Origin: Candidatus Brocadiia bacterium
GTDB lineage: Bacteria > Planctomycetota > Brocadiia > CAIUPP01
Length of the DNA: 64,000 nt
Assembly (NCBI GenBank): GCA_050015075.1
Contig: JBEKCB010000022.1
Coordinates: 23,478 to 87,477 of the forward strand
Direction: 5' to 3'
Positions 18,959-29,272 of the stretch are shown piece by piece; position 1 is the first letter of the stretch; each line of letters begins with the position of its first letter. A program made the position numbers and the translations under genes. Below the pieces are notes generated by a model that made no database searches, was not told the DNA's origin, and saw only the letters and a list, made by a program, of their open reading frames with translations.

Positions 18959-20131
18959 TCACTTGGCCGCCAGGAACGTCTGCGCGCACTGGACGAGCAT
19001 GGCGGCGCCGATCGGGAGGATTCGCTCGTCGAAGTCGAAGCGGTTGCTGTGATGCCCCTTCACCTTGCGGCCGCGGCGGGTTCCTATGCTGAAGAACGCG
19101 CCCGGCACGCGCTCGAGGAAGAAGGAGAAGTCCTCACTGCCCATCGTCATCTTGTCTTTCACGACGCGCCGGCCCAGGGCTGCGGCGGCGGCCTTGACGA
19201 TGCCGACCGCGGCGGCGTCGTTCACGAGCACGGGACAACTGATATCCCAGAAAATCCGGCCTTCGACGGAGTGCGCGGCGGCGGTCTGCCTTACGACGCG
19301 CTTCATGCGGGCCATCACGCGCCTGCGCATCTTCGGCTGGAAGGTCCGCAGCGTGCCGCGCAGCTCCACGTTGTGCGGGATCACATTGTAGGAAACGCCG
19401 CTCTCGAAGGAGCAGATGGAGATGACGCAGGGCTGGAACGGATCGGCCATGCGGCGGACGCCGGCGAGTTGCTGGTAGATCTGGTTAGCCGGGACCAGCG
19501 GGTCGCGCGTGCGGTCCGGGTGGCTGGCGTGTCCGCCGCGGCCGGTGACGACGATGCGGAAGTGGTCCGCGCCGGCCATGCCGGGGCCTTCGCGCAGAGC
19601 GATGGTGCCGAACGGCCGGTCAGTGCTGACGTGCGCGGCAAAGATCGCGTCCACTTTCGGCGATGCGAGCGCGCCGTCCTTTACCATGAGCGGCGCGCCG
19701 CTGACGATCTCCTCCGCCGGCTGAAAAATAAACTTCACATTGCCGGGCAATTCCCTGCGCATCCGCGAGAGCATGAACGCCGCGCCGAGGAGCATCGCCG
19801 TGTGCCCGTCGTGGCCGCAGGCGTGCATCACGCCGGCGTTGCGCGAGCGGTACGGCACCTCATTGGCTTCCTGCAGCGGCAGCGCGTCCATGTCCGCGCG
19901 CAGCGCGACCGTCCTGCGCGCGCCTTTGACGCGCAGCAGGCCCACGACGCCCGTCTTGCCCACTCCCGTTCTCACCTCCACATCAGCCGCGCGGAGCATC
20001 TCCGCGACGCAGCGGGCGGTCCGCTTCTCGTTGAATGCGAGTTCCGGATGCGAGTGGATGTCGCGGCGGATGCGGGTGAGCCGCGCCCTCAGCGCGGAGG
20101 CCATTTCCAATATCTGCGTCGGATTGCTCAT
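18959..20131 (-). CDS. M20 family amidohydrolase (HipO/YhaA-like)
   Basis: HSHPELAFNE, ALRADMDALP, MHACGHDGH, FQPAEE, GSEDF. Confidence 0.93.
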   Translation of the reverse strand: MSNPTQILEMASALRARLTRIRRDIHSHPELAFNEKRTARCVAEMLRAADVEVRTGVGKTGVVGLLRVKGARRTVALRADMDALPLQEANEVPYRSRNAGVMHACGHDGHTAMLLGAAFMLSRMRRELPGNVKFIFQPAEEIVSGAPLMVKDGALASPKVDAIFAAHVSTDRPFGTIALREGPGMAGADHFRIVVTGRGGHASHPDRTRDPLVPANQIYQQLAGVRRMADPFQPCVISICSFESGVSYNVIPHNVELRGTLRTFQPKMRRRVMARMKRVVRQTAAAHSVEGRIFWDISCPVLVNDAAAVGIVKAAAAALGRRVVKDKMTMGSEDFSFFLERVPGAFFSIGTRRGRKVKGHHSNRFDFDERILPIGAAMLVQCAQTFLAAK

Positions 20132-20220
20132 GGACGATTCTCCTGCTGAAATGCGCGCATCGGCGTGGACATGAGACATGAGATTATCACTGAAGCGGGC
20201 GGTTGACAACTCACATGGCA

Positions 20221-20315
20221 GGAGATTGGGAAATTAGGAGATTGGGAAATTGGGACTTCGGCCGACAGTTATCTCTCCTAATTTCCTAATCTCCCAGTCT
20301 CCCAATCGCCCAATC
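20221..20315. repeat. 8-nt-period palindromic element (GAGATTGG)n...(CCAATCTC)n
   Basis: ggagattgggaaattaggagattgggaaattggga ... tcctaatttcctaatctcccagtctcccaatcgcccaatc. Confidence 0.8.
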
Positions 20316-20324
20316 GTCCTCAAG

Positions 20325-21998
20325 CTACCGCAGCTCCATGATGATGTGCGCCAGTTTGGCGGGGTCGTGGCGGAGGAGGTCCTGCTTTTCCCAGAGGACG
20401 CGCTCCTGGTCCACGTTTTCGACGATGTCGGCTTCGATGATCTGCGGGCCGAGGGAACGGAGGTCGTCGTCGGCGCGGAGCAGTTGCGCGCCGGCGGCCT
20501 GGTATCGCTCGAGGACTTCCTTGGGCGGCATGGTGCTGTTGACGATGGCGTAGTCGGGCGCGCCGTCGCCGAGGTATCGCTGCACGGCGCGCACGTGATC
20601 GGCGGCGGTGTAGCCGTCGGTCTGGCCGGGCTGGGTGACGATGTTGCAGATGTAGATCACCCGCGCGTCGGAGCCGCGGATCGCGCGCGTGATGCCGCGG
20701 ACGAGCAGGTTGGTGATGACGCTGGTGTAGAGGCTGCCCGGCCCGATGACGATGGTGTCCGCCTGGGCGATCTCCTGGATCGCCTCCTCGGTGGCGGCGG
20801 CGTCTTCGGGCTCGAGATAGACGTGCTCGATGGGCGCCTTGTTCTCGGCGCGGACGTTGTACTCCTCGCGGACGATTGTGCCGTCCTGGAGCAGCGCGCA
20901 GAGGTGCGTGTCGGCGAGCGTGGACGGGATGACTTTGCCTTCGATGGCGAGGATTTCGCTCGCCGCGCGAAGCGCCTGCTCGAACGAGCCGGTGATCTTC
21001 TCGAGCGCGGCCAGGAAGAGGTTGCCGAAGCTCATCCCGGCCAGGCCGCCCTCCTCGAAACGATACTGGAAGAGGTCGTGCAACTGGCGGCCGGTCTTGT
21101 CGCTGCTCGAGAGGGCGATCAGGCAGTTGCGCGCGTCGCCGGGCGGCAGCACGCCGAGGTCGCGCCGGAGTTTGCCGGAGCTGCGGCCGGAATCGGTCAC
21201 GGTCACGATGGCAGTCAGGTTGCGCGAGAACGCCTTGAGGCCCTGCAGCACCATCGGCAGGCCGGTGCCGCCGCCGATGGCCAGGATGCGCGCCTGCTCG
21301 CGATGGCGCCGCTTGTTGGCGGCGGCGAGCACGTCGTGCAGCTCGGTGAGGCGCGTGATGCGGAAGTCCGGCTGCTCGAACTGGTTCTTCGGCTGGAGCG
21401 ATTTGAACCGGCCCTGCATGATCTGCACGGTGGTGATGCGCAGGTAGTTGGCGACGCGGATTTCCGCGTCCACGCGGTCGCCGACGATCAGGCACTCCTG
21501 CGGCGTCAGGCCGTGCCGCGTCATGAGCGCGATGCAGCTCTCTTCGAGCCCGGTCCCGATCTCGGTGTCGGTGATGTCCACTTCGTCGAAGAGCGGGCCG
21601 AGGCCCAGGAGCTTGATCTTCTGCTCCTGCCGCCGGTGCACGCCGGTGGTGACGAGGAAGAGCATGTACCCCTGCGCGCGCAGGTTGCGCAGGACGGAGA
21701 TGACGTCGGGGAACGGGCGGATGTCTTCCACCTCGGACTGGTTGTACGCGCGGAGGATGCTCTCGACGACGTCGCGGCCCTTTCCGTATCGCTCGGCGAT
21801 ATGGTCGAACACGCGGTAGCTCGGCCCGTGGCGCGCGGTGAGGTCGGCCTGCATGTGGAAGGCCTCCTCCTCGGTGCAGGGCAGGCCGGCCGCGACCATC
21901 GCCTTCGCGGCGCGCCGCCGGGCCGCGTCAACGAGCGAGCCGGAGCAGTCGTACAGAGTGTCGTCGAGATCGAACAGGATCGCTTTTATGCGGGCCAT
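20325..21998 (-). CDS. Fusion of a HAD-superfamily hydrolase and a YvcK/GlmR (CofD-like) domain
   Basis: N-terminal FDLDDTLYD HAD motif I and IVGDRVDAEI; then ILAIGGGTGL, DSGRSSG, PPGDARNCL, IGPGSLYTS, LRHDP. Confidence 0.88.
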   Translation of the reverse strand: MARIKAILFDLDDTLYDCSGSLVDAARRRAAKAMVAAGLPCTEEEAFHMQADLTARHGPSYRVFDHIAERYGKGRDVVESILRAYNQSEVEDIRPFPDVISVLRNLRAQGYMLFLVTTGVHRRQEQKIKLLGLGPLFDEVDITDTEIGTGLEESCIALMTRHGLTPQECLIVGDRVDAEIRVANYLRITTVQIMQGRFKSLQPKNQFEQPDFRITRLTELHDVLAAANKRRHREQARILAIGGGTGLPMVLQGLKAFSRNLTAIVTVTDSGRSSGKLRRDLGVLPPGDARNCLIALSSSDKTGRQLHDLFQYRFEEGGLAGMSFGNLFLAALEKITGSFEQALRAASEILAIEGKVIPSTLADTHLCALLQDGTIVREEYNVRAENKAPIEHVYLEPEDAAATEEAIQEIAQADTIVIGPGSLYTSVITNLLVRGITRAIRGSDARVIYICNIVTQPGQTDGYTAADHVRAVQRYLGDGAPDYAIVNSTMPPKEVLERYQAAGAQLLRADDDLRSLGPQIIEADIVENVDQERVLWEKQDLLRHDPAKLAHIIMELR

Positions 21999-22071
21999 GG
22001 CTCCGCCGGGACAAGATCGGGTGCAGGGGCGGCAAGAACGCGCTCGCCCGCTGCGGGTATCGGGCCGGAAG

Positions 22072-22323
22072 CTATTCCTTCAGGACGTCGTACAGGCCGG
22101 TTTCTTCCGGCGGGATGTCCGGCAGGCGGCGCGCCGGCCCGCCGCCGGAGAACATCTTCCGGATTTCTTCGATCTGCTTGCCGTAGAACATGACCAGCCC
22201 CGTTTGCGTACGGATGTCGCGGATGATCTTCAACTGGACGAGAAAGACCACCAGAAAGCAAATCGGCGTCAACAGGTTCGCCATGAAGAAATCCACGACG
22301 GTCTTCAATTGCTCCAGGTTCAT
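22072..22323 (-). CDS. Small hypothetical membrane protein
   Basis: 83-aa ORF with GGAGG RBS and one hydrophobic helix. Confidence 0.55.
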   Translation of the reverse strand: MNLEQLKTVVDFFMANLLTPICFLVVFLVQLKIIRDIRTQTGLVMFYGKQIEEIRKMFSGGGPARRLPDIPPEETGLYDVLKE

Positions 22324-22444
22324 CTTTCCTCCGTTCCGCTCCTGCGGCCGGCGCCGGCTTGCCTGCAACGTCCGCGCGCCGTCGCAAAAGCCCCTGCGCC
22401 ATGCTCCCCAAGGCCGCTGCCGCGGCCTGAGCTGGAGCCACGCG

Positions 22445-23128
22445 CTAGAATTGCAGCGTGATGTAAATGTCCTTCATCGCGTTCTGCGGGTCCGCGGCGT
22501 CATGGATGAGGTACCGCTGGCCCGGTTTCTCGATCGTGAACTCCTGCTTCACAATATTCCCGGCCGGCCCGAATCTCTCGATCGTGATGACGACCGGTTT
22601 CCTCTCCGCGGCTCTCGATCTCGGCTCCTCGTGCCCGAGGATGACGTGGTCCACCGCGAACGTCGTCGCGCCGCCGTCTCCGACAAAGACGCGCCGGCCG
22701 ACGCGGCCCATGAGGAAGATCTCGGCGCCGCGAGGCGGGCCGGCCGCCTTCAACGCGGCGACGTCCGGATTGTCCAGCGGGACGAAACAGAGCAGGTCCG
22801 AGCCATCGGGCCGAGTGCGAAACGCGTAGTACTTCGCCGGCGTGATTCCCGCATTCAGCGCGTCGTCCGGGAAGACCGTGACTTCCTGGTAGAAGACGTC
22901 CGCGACCTTGACGAAGGTGCCGAGCAACTGCTGCGCCGAGCTGGCGATGCCGAGCGTTTCGGCCGTGACCGGATTGTAAACCTGCGCCGCGGGCTGCTCG
23001 CTCGAAGTCGCCTGAGCGGGAACGTTTGTCGCCGCCGACGGTTGGTAAACCTGCGCCAGGATCGTGCCAGTGACCAGCGCGCTGCCCAGGATCATGCCGC
23101 CGAGGACCCACGTCCGTGTCCGAATCAT
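22445..23128 (-). CDS. Hypothetical exported protein
   Basis: GGGAGG RBS, signal-peptide-like N-terminus, QVYQP/QVYNP duplicated motif. Confidence 0.65.
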   Translation of the reverse strand: MIRTRTWVLGGMILGSALVTGTILAQVYQPSAATNVPAQATSSEQPAAQVYNPVTAETLGIASSAQQLLGTFVKVADVFYQEVTVFPDDALNAGITPAKYYAFRTRPDGSDLLCFVPLDNPDVAALKAAGPPRGAEIFLMGRVGRRVFVGDGGATTFAVDHVILGHEEPRSRAAERKPVVITIERFGPAGNIVKQEFTIEKPGQRYLIHDAADPQNAMKDIYITLQF

Positions 23129-23194
23129 CTCGACCTCCCTCACAGGAAGAGCCTACCCGGCAAAACGGCGCAGGAAACGGCTTTGCTTCTGTGA

Positions 23195-23267
23195 ATATAT
23201 ATATCACTATACAGCGCCCTGTCAAATAAATCTGGCATTTGACGTTGCTTTCGGAGCGGCATACAAT
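23195..23267. promoter_or_regulatory. Divergent sigma70 promoters (galK-trpD on +, hypothetical gene on -)
   Basis: + strand TTGACG(23239)-17 nt-TACAAT(23262); - strand TTGACA(23225-23220) followed by an AT-rich -10-like stretch. Confidence 0.6.
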
Positions 23268-23308
23268 GAGGCCGCTTTGTGGAATCCGCGTCACCGAAGG
23301 AGCCCATC

Positions 23309-24493
23309 ATGCCCGGACAAAAGTTGATCGAGGTCTTCGGTAAGGGGCCGGTCTCGATCGCCCGCGCGCCGGGGCGAGTCAACCTGATCGGCGATCACAC
23401 CGATTACAACGGCGGCTACGTGCTGCCGGCGGCGGTGGATCGCGAGGTACGGATTGCGTTCCGCCCGTCGGGCGACGCGCGCGTGGAGATGGTCAGCGCC
23501 GACTTCGAAGAGCGCGCCGCCTTCGACCTCGGCGGGGTCGCGCGCGGCCAGGCGCAGGGCTGGGCCAAATACCCGGCCGGCGTCGCCGCGGCCCTCCAGG
23601 CCGAGAAATATCCCGTCGCAGGCCTGCGCGCCGTCATCCAGGGGAACGTGCCGGTCGGCGCGGGCCTCAGCTCATCGGCGGCGATCGAGGTCGCCTGCGC
23701 CCTGGCGTTCTGCAGCGTCTCCGGACTGAAGATTGATCGCGAGAAACTCGCCCACATCTGCCAGCGCGCCGAGAATGAGTTCGTGGGCATGCAGTGCGGC
23801 ATCATGGACCAATACGCCTGCCTGCTCGGACGGAAGGATTGCGCCCTCTTCCTGGACTGCACCACGCTCCAGAGCGAGCTGGTGCCGCTGGATGAACGCG
23901 GCGCCAAGATCGTCATCTGCGACACCCGGCTCAAGCGCCAGCTCGTCAACAGCGCCTACAACCGCCGCCGCGGCGAATGCGAGGAGGCCTTCAGGATCCT
24001 CAAGCAGCATCTGCCCGATGCGAAGTCGTACAAGGACATCTCCATCCCCATGTTCCGCGCGTACGCGCACGACCTGCCGGACCCGCTCGGGAAGCGCGCG
24101 AAGCACGTGGTGACGGAGAACGCGCGCGTCGTGCAGGCCGCGCGCCTGCTGAAGAAAGGCGACCTGATCGGCTTCGGCGCCTTAATGGACGCCTCGCACG
24201 ACAGTTTGCGGGATGATTTCGAGGTCAGTTGCAAGGAGCTCGACCTGCTGGTCGGCATCGCCCGCGAGTCGGAAGGCGTCTTCGGCAGCCGGATGACCGG
24301 GGCGGGATTCGGCGGCTGCACCGTTGCGCTCGTCCGGCCGGATTGCGTCGAGGCGTTCACCGCGAAAATCTCCGAGGGGTACCGGGCGGACACGGGCGCG
24401 GCACCGGGAATCTACATCGTCCGCGCTTCCGAAGGAGCGACGTATGAAAATGCCGAAGGGAGGTCGGCCATTGAGGAGAGCCCACGGCGATGA
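23309..24493 (+). CDS. galK: Galactokinase
   Basis: APGRVNLIGDHTDYNGG, PVGAGLSSSAA, CGIMDQ, GSRMTGAGFGGC. Confidence 0.95.
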   Translation: MPGQKLIEVFGKGPVSIARAPGRVNLIGDHTDYNGGYVLPAAVDREVRIAFRPSGDARVEMVSADFEERAAFDLGGVARGQAQGWAKYPAGVAAALQAEKYPVAGLRAVIQGNVPVGAGLSSSAAIEVACALAFCSVSGLKIDREKLAHICQRAENEFVGMQCGIMDQYACLLGRKDCALFLDCTTLQSELVPLDERGAKIVICDTRLKRQLVNSAYNRRRGECEEAFRILKQHLPDAKSYKDISIPMFRAYAHDLPDPLGKRAKHVVTENARVVQAARLLKKGDLIGFGALMDASHDSLRDDFEVSCKELDLLVGIARESEGVFGSRMTGAGFGGCTVALVRPDCVEAFTAKISEGYRADTGAAPGIYIVRASEGATYENAEGRSAIEESPRR

Positions 24494-25518
24494 TTAAAGA
24501 GGCGATCCGCAGGCTGACCGAACGGCGCGACCTGACCTCCGAAGAGTGCGCGCAGGCGATGAACGAGGTGATGAGCGGCGAGGCGACGCCGGCGCAGGTC
24601 GCGGCCTTCATCGTCGCGCTGCGCATGAAGGGCGAGACGCCGGAGGAGATCGCCGGCTGCGCCCGCGTGATGCGCGCGAAGGCGCGCCGCATCGAGGCCG
24701 GCGCCGAGGTCGTGCTCGATACCTGCGGCACCGGCGGCGATGCGCGGAACACGTTCAACATCTCCACCGCGGCGGCGTTCGTCGCGGCCGGCGCGGGCGC
24801 GACCGTGGCCAAGCACGGCAACCGCGCCGTCAGCTCGCACAGCGGCTCGGCGGACGTCCTCCGGCAACTCGGCGTGAACATCGAAGCCGGGCCCGACGTG
24901 GTCGAGCGCTGCCTGCGCGAGGTCCGGATCGGGTTCCTCTACGCGCCGATGCTCCACGAGGCGATGAAGTTCGCCATCGGCCCGCGGCGCGAGATCGGCA
25001 TCCGCACCGTCTTCAACCTGCTCGGTCCGCTGACCAACCCCGCCGGCGCGCGCCACCAGCTCATCGGCGTGTACGACCCCGCCCTGCCGCCGGTCCTCGC
25101 CGCGGTGCTCAAGACCCTCGGCAGCGAGCGATGCCTCGTCGTCCACGGCGACGACGGCCTCGACGAAATCACGACGACGGGCAAAACGCTCGTGGCGGAG
25201 CTGAAGGACGGCGAGGTGACGACGCGCGAATGGGCGCCGGAGCAGTTCGGCTTGCCGCGCGCGAAGCTCTCGGACCTGGTCGTCCGGAGCGTTGAAGAGG
25301 CCGCCGAGGCGGTCCGCTCCGTCTTGAAGGGCGAGCGCGGCCCCCGGCGCGACATCGTCGCGCTGAACGCCGGGGCGGCGATCATGGTGGCCGGTCTCGC
25401 CGACGACCTTCCCTCGGGCATCCGCCGCGCGGAGCAGGCGATGGACACCGGCGCTGCGGAGCGCGCCTTGAAGGAACTGATCCGCATTACGAACGGGAGT
25501 CCGAACGGCGAGCGATGA
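24490..25518 (+). CDS. trpD: Anthranilate phosphoribosyltransferase
   Basis: DTCGTGGD, FNIST, KHGNRAVSSHSGSAD, RTVFNLLGPLTNP, GLDE. Confidence 0.96.
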   Translation: MIKEAIRRLTERRDLTSEECAQAMNEVMSGEATPAQVAAFIVALRMKGETPEEIAGCARVMRAKARRIEAGAEVVLDTCGTGGDARNTFNISTAAAFVAAGAGATVAKHGNRAVSSHSGSADVLRQLGVNIEAGPDVVERCLREVRIGFLYAPMLHEAMKFAIGPRREIGIRTVFNLLGPLTNPAGARHQLIGVYDPALPPVLAAVLKTLGSERCLVVHGDDGLDEITTTGKTLVAELKDGEVTTREWAPEQFGLPRAKLSDLVVRSVEEAAEAVRSVLKGERGPRRDIVALNAGAAIMVAGLADDLPSGIRRAEQAMDTGAAERALKELIRITNGSPNGER

Positions 25519-25547
25519 GTGATGGAATACTCCATCACTCATCGCTC
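25510..25547. terminator. Perfect 17-bp hairpin of GATGAGT-type units between convergent genes
   Basis: gagcgatgagtgatgga-atac-tccatcactcatcgctc; includes the trpD stop codon; no U-tract. Confidence 0.65.
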
Positions 25548-25567
25548 CCACTTCCTCGTCTCCAGCG

Positions 25568-27406
25568 TCACTTCTCCGGCGCAGGCGGCGTCAGTGGCGC
25601 AGACGGCGGCGGAACCGGCGCCTCAGGCGGCTGAGCGCCCGGAGCGGCGCCCGGCGGCGGCGCAGACAGGGACTTGATTCCGTCCGCAATCGCCTTGATC
25701 TCCGCGGCGGGGATGTGCACGTTGCAGGTCACCGAACTCCCGGCCGGCGCGGTGACGAAGATCGCCGTGACGCCCGGGCCGCGCTGGAAGGGTATATCCG
25801 GAATGGGCAGTTGCCCGACCGAGCGGGCCATCGAAATCCCGAATTCCACGAACCCCGTAAGGTGAACCAGGCAGAATCCGCAGGACTCGGGCGGGATCGA
25901 AGCCACCGTCTTCGCGAAGTCTTCCCGGTCGCCCAGTTTCTTCAGCTTGCCGTCAATGATCTGCTTGAGCGTGTCGAGCGCGTCGCTTCCCTGGGCCATC
26001 ACCTCGTCCTTCCCCAGAACCACCAGGTCCTGGGTCAGCGCGTCGCCGAACATGGCCTTGATCGTCTTCTGCTGCGCGTCGGCCGCCGCCGCCTGGTCCG
26101 GCGTGGCGCCGGCCGCCGGCTTGATATCGAACGCCCATTTCATCTGCGTGATTTCCTGGTCATTGTACTTGACGACTTCCGACTGGAGCTGCATCGGCAT
26201 GTTCATGTTCGCGTAGAAGCCGGCGAGCGCGCCGTAAAGTGTGGGCATTTTCTGAAGCAGCGCCTTGAAGATTTCGGGATCCTTGAGGGACATGGCGCCG
26301 ACCATGCGGAATCCCGGGCCGGAACGAACCGCGAAGACCGCATCGTCGCCGACCGCCTTGAACCAGGCGGAGAATTGGCTGAAGATCAGCGCGGACTGTG
26401 CCGGGTCCACTCCGCCCGTGGCCATGATTTTCGTGGTGAGCGCGATGAGCGGGATTTCCAGCGGCGCCAGGTTGCCCACCTTGAACGCGCACACGGCGAA
26501 GGCGTCCTCCGGCACGTACTTCAGCGTCGCCGGGATGCCGGTCGGGACGGTGGCCAGATACGCGGCCAGCAGACCGCCCTGGACGGGCGCGAGCTTCGCC
26601 GACAGATTGATCTCCTGCGCGTCCGGAGTCAGCGACACGGTCGCTCGCTCCGCCTGCTTCACCGCCGTTTCGAGGGCGTCCACCTCGACGTCAATCGCGT
26701 CGCGGGCCTGCTGGCTCTTCGCCGGGTCCGTCTGCGCCATGGCGATCTTGCTCTTCAAGCTCTCCTTCAACTCGGTGAACACGCCGCCCTTTTCGTCGGC
26801 CAGGTGATTGAGCAGCGCCTTGACCTCGATGCTGGCGACCACGTCGCCGCCTTGCAGCATGGCGTCCGCGGGGAGCGCGTTGCTGTTCACGAGCGCGAGC
26901 ACCTGCCCGACGGCCGCCGCATTCTCGCCGATGCAGATCACCTTGCCGGCTTCGCCGACGGCCACCGTCTCCTGGTCCTGCGTGTAGGTCGTGACGCCGT
27001 CCTTCTCCTCGCCTTTCTTCAGGCCCGGCTCCAGCGTGGAGCGATAGACGGCGGGGTCCTTGACGGTGCACTGCAAGATCGCCACGACCTTGCGCGGGCC
27101 GGCTTTCACAAGGACGAAGCGCACCGGTTGCGTCACGTCCATCTGGCTGGGATCGGTCGAGTGGAAGGCTTCATCGAAGACCTCGAGAATCGGGGGAATC
27201 TGTCCGGGCGGCAACGCCCCGGTCGCGTTCACGAAGTCGGTCACGTGCTTCTGGAGCGTCTCGACGCTGGCGAACTCCACGACCGCCAGCACCCCGGCGG
27301 GCAACCCGGCCGGCTTCACGGCCGGGACTTCGGCAGGGCCGGCCTGACCGAAGGCGACGCCCGACGCCAACAGCGCGGCTGCGACCATGCTCCATATGCG
27401 TTTCAT
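25568..27406 (-). CDS. Hypothetical exported protein with Pro-rich C-terminus
   Basis: AAGGAG RBS, signal peptide ending AFG, about 610 aa. Confidence 0.7.
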   Translation of the reverse strand: MKRIWSMVAAALLASGVAFGQAGPAEVPAVKPAGLPAGVLAVVEFASVETLQKHVTDFVNATGALPPGQIPPILEVFDEAFHSTDPSQMDVTQPVRFVLVKAGPRKVVAILQCTVKDPAVYRSTLEPGLKKGEEKDGVTTYTQDQETVAVGEAGKVICIGENAAAVGQVLALVNSNALPADAMLQGGDVVASIEVKALLNHLADEKGGVFTELKESLKSKIAMAQTDPAKSQQARDAIDVEVDALETAVKQAERATVSLTPDAQEINLSAKLAPVQGGLLAAYLATVPTGIPATLKYVPEDAFAVCAFKVGNLAPLEIPLIALTTKIMATGGVDPAQSALIFSQFSAWFKAVGDDAVFAVRSGPGFRMVGAMSLKDPEIFKALLQKMPTLYGALAGFYANMNMPMQLQSEVVKYNDQEITQMKWAFDIKPAAGATPDQAAAADAQQKTIKAMFGDALTQDLVVLGKDEVMAQGSDALDTLKQIIDGKLKKLGDREDFAKTVASIPPESCGFCLVHLTGFVEFGISMARSVGQLPIPDIPFQRGPGVTAIFVTAPAGSSVTCNVHIPAAEIKAIADGIKSLSAPPPGAAPGAQPPEAPVPPPSAPLTPPAPEK

Positions 27407-27446
27407 CCGGAACTCCTTCATAAAAAGAAATGCTCTCCGAATCCTC

Positions 27447-28223
27447 TCAATGCATCACCGCGCCGCCGGTGAGGTTGATCGCCTGGCCGGTGATGTACGA
27501 AGCGTCGTCGCCGGCGAGGAACACGGCCACCCGGGCCACCTCGTCCGGTTCGCAAACCCGGCCGAGCGGAATCCGGCTGACCAGGTACGGGCGCACCTCT
27601 TCCGGCTTCATGTTGCGCTTGCGGGCGTAATCGGCCTCCTGGCTCTCCCACATCGGCGTCGGCACGATGCCCGGACAGAGCGCGTTGACGCGGATGCCGT
27701 GCGGGGCGAACTCGACGGCGAGCGACTGCGTCAGGCCGATGACGCCGAACTTGCTGGCGCAGTACGCGGCGAACTGCGTGTTGCCGACCTTGCCGGACTG
27801 CGAGGAGAGGTTGACGATCGCGCCTCGTTTGCGCGGCAGCATCCGCCGGATGGCCGCCTGGCAGCCGAAGAAAACGCCCTTGAGGTTCACGTCGAGAATC
27901 TGGTCCCAGGTCTGCTCGGTGCAGTCGAGGAACGGGACGATTTTCGAGACGCCGGCGGCATTGACCCACGTCTCGATGGCGCCGAGCTGCCGCTCGATGT
28001 CGTCCGAGATCCGCTCGACGCCGGCGCGATCGGTGACATCCATCTTCCAGGCCTGGCCGCGTCCGTTCTCGCTCTGGATGTCGAGCGCGGTGGTCTCCGC
28101 CGCGTCGAGGCGGGCGTCGCATACGGCCACCGCGCAGCCGGCCTTCGCGAACGCGCGCGCGATGGCCGCGCCGATGCCGCCTCCGCCGCCCGCGACGACC
28201 ACCGTCTGCTCGTTCATCTTCAC
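27447..28223 (-). CDS. SDR oxidoreductase (sorbitol-6-phosphate/polyol dehydrogenase-like)
   Basis: AGGGGGIG, NAAG, SSQSGKVG, YCASKFG. Confidence 0.88.
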   Translation of the reverse strand: MKMNEQTVVVAGGGGGIGAAIARAFAKAGCAVAVCDARLDAAETTALDIQSENGRGQAWKMDVTDRAGVERISDDIERQLGAIETWVNAAGVSKIVPFLDCTEQTWDQILDVNLKGVFFGCQAAIRRMLPRKRGAIVNLSSQSGKVGNTQFAAYCASKFGVIGLTQSLAVEFAPHGIRVNALCPGIVPTPMWESQEADYARKRNMKPEEVRPYLVSRIPLGRVCEPDEVARVAVFLAGDDASYITGQAINLTGGAVMH

Positions 28224-29266
28224 GTTTCACCCGGAATGATGACGACCTTGAACGATTCCTTCCGCTTCATCAGCTCGATGCCCTCCCAGATTTCCGAGAG
28301 CGGCAAGCGATGCGTCACCAGCGCCGCGGCATCCACCTTGCCTGCGGCGAGAAGATCCACGGCCTTCTGGACGTGCTCGGGCCGCGAATCGGAGCAGCCC
28401 ACGACGCGGAGTTCGCCGTAGTGGATCGTGCGGCTGTCTAACAAAATGGCGGATTCGCCCTTGGGCAGGCTGCTGAAAAGGCTGACGGCGCCGCCCTTCC
28501 GCGCGAGATCGAGCGACTTCTCCTGCGCGTCTCGGTCCGGCGCGCATATCAAGACGACGTCCGCTCCGAGACCGTCAGTTTGCGCCAGCACGCGGGCCTT
28601 GACATCTTCGTGCGCGCCGTCAATCACCGTCACGCCGCGCAGCTTGCGCAGGAGCGAAAGCCGAGGCTCCGAGCGCTGCACCACCATCACCACAGCGGCG
28701 CCGGCCGCCCGGGCCAGTTCCGCGTGAATCGCGCCCAGCGGACCGCCTCCGACGATCACAACGCGGTCCCCGGCTTTCAGGCCGGCCAACTCCTGCGCGT
28801 TGATCGCGCAGCTCATCGGCTCGCTCAGCGCCGCGGCTTCGTCGGGCACGTTTCCGGGCACCTTGATGATGTTGCCGCCCGCCAGCGCCAGCGGCGGAAC
28901 GGCCATTCGGCTCGCGAAGGCCCCGTCGTGCACCATGCTGATCGGCTCGCACCTCGGGCAGAGGTTGCCGAGCCCGCGCGCGCAGATCGGGCAATGTCCG
29001 CAGGCGAGGGTCGTCGCCAGCGTGACGCGCTCGCCGACGGCGAATCCCTGCGTGCGGCTGCCCGCGTGGATGATCCGGCCGACGAGTTCATGCCCGATAA
29101 TGACGGGCTTCGTCCAGCGCGGGTGGCCGATGGTCGCGAGCTTCACGTCGGTGCCGCAGATGGCGCAGCAGGCGATCTCGAGGAGCAAGTTGTCCTCGCG
29201 CGCCTGGGGCTCGGGCCGGTCGCAGACTTCAATGTGGCCCGGGCCGAAATAGACCGCAGCCTTCAC
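28220..29266 (-). CDS. Zinc-dependent medium-chain (polyol) dehydrogenase
   Basis: CAICGTD, IIGHE, CGHCPICARGLGNLC, EPMSC, GGGPLG. Confidence 0.9.
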   Translation of the reverse strand: MKAAVYFGPGHIEVCDRPEPQAREDNLLLEIACCAICGTDVKLATIGHPRWTKPVIIGHELVGRIIHAGSRTQGFAVGERVTLATTLACGHCPICARGLGNLCPRCEPISMVHDGAFASRMAVPPLALAGGNIIKVPGNVPDEAAALSEPMSCAINAQELAGLKAGDRVVIVGGGPLGAIHAELARAAGAAVVMVVQRSEPRLSLLRKLRGVTVIDGAHEDVKARVLAQTDGLGADVVLICAPDRDAQEKSLDLARKGGAVSLFSSLPKGESAILLDSRTIHYGELRVVGCSDSRPEHVQKAVDLLAAGKVDAAALVTHRLPLSEIWEGIELMKRKESFKVVIIPGET

Positions 29267-29272
29267 AGCCGT

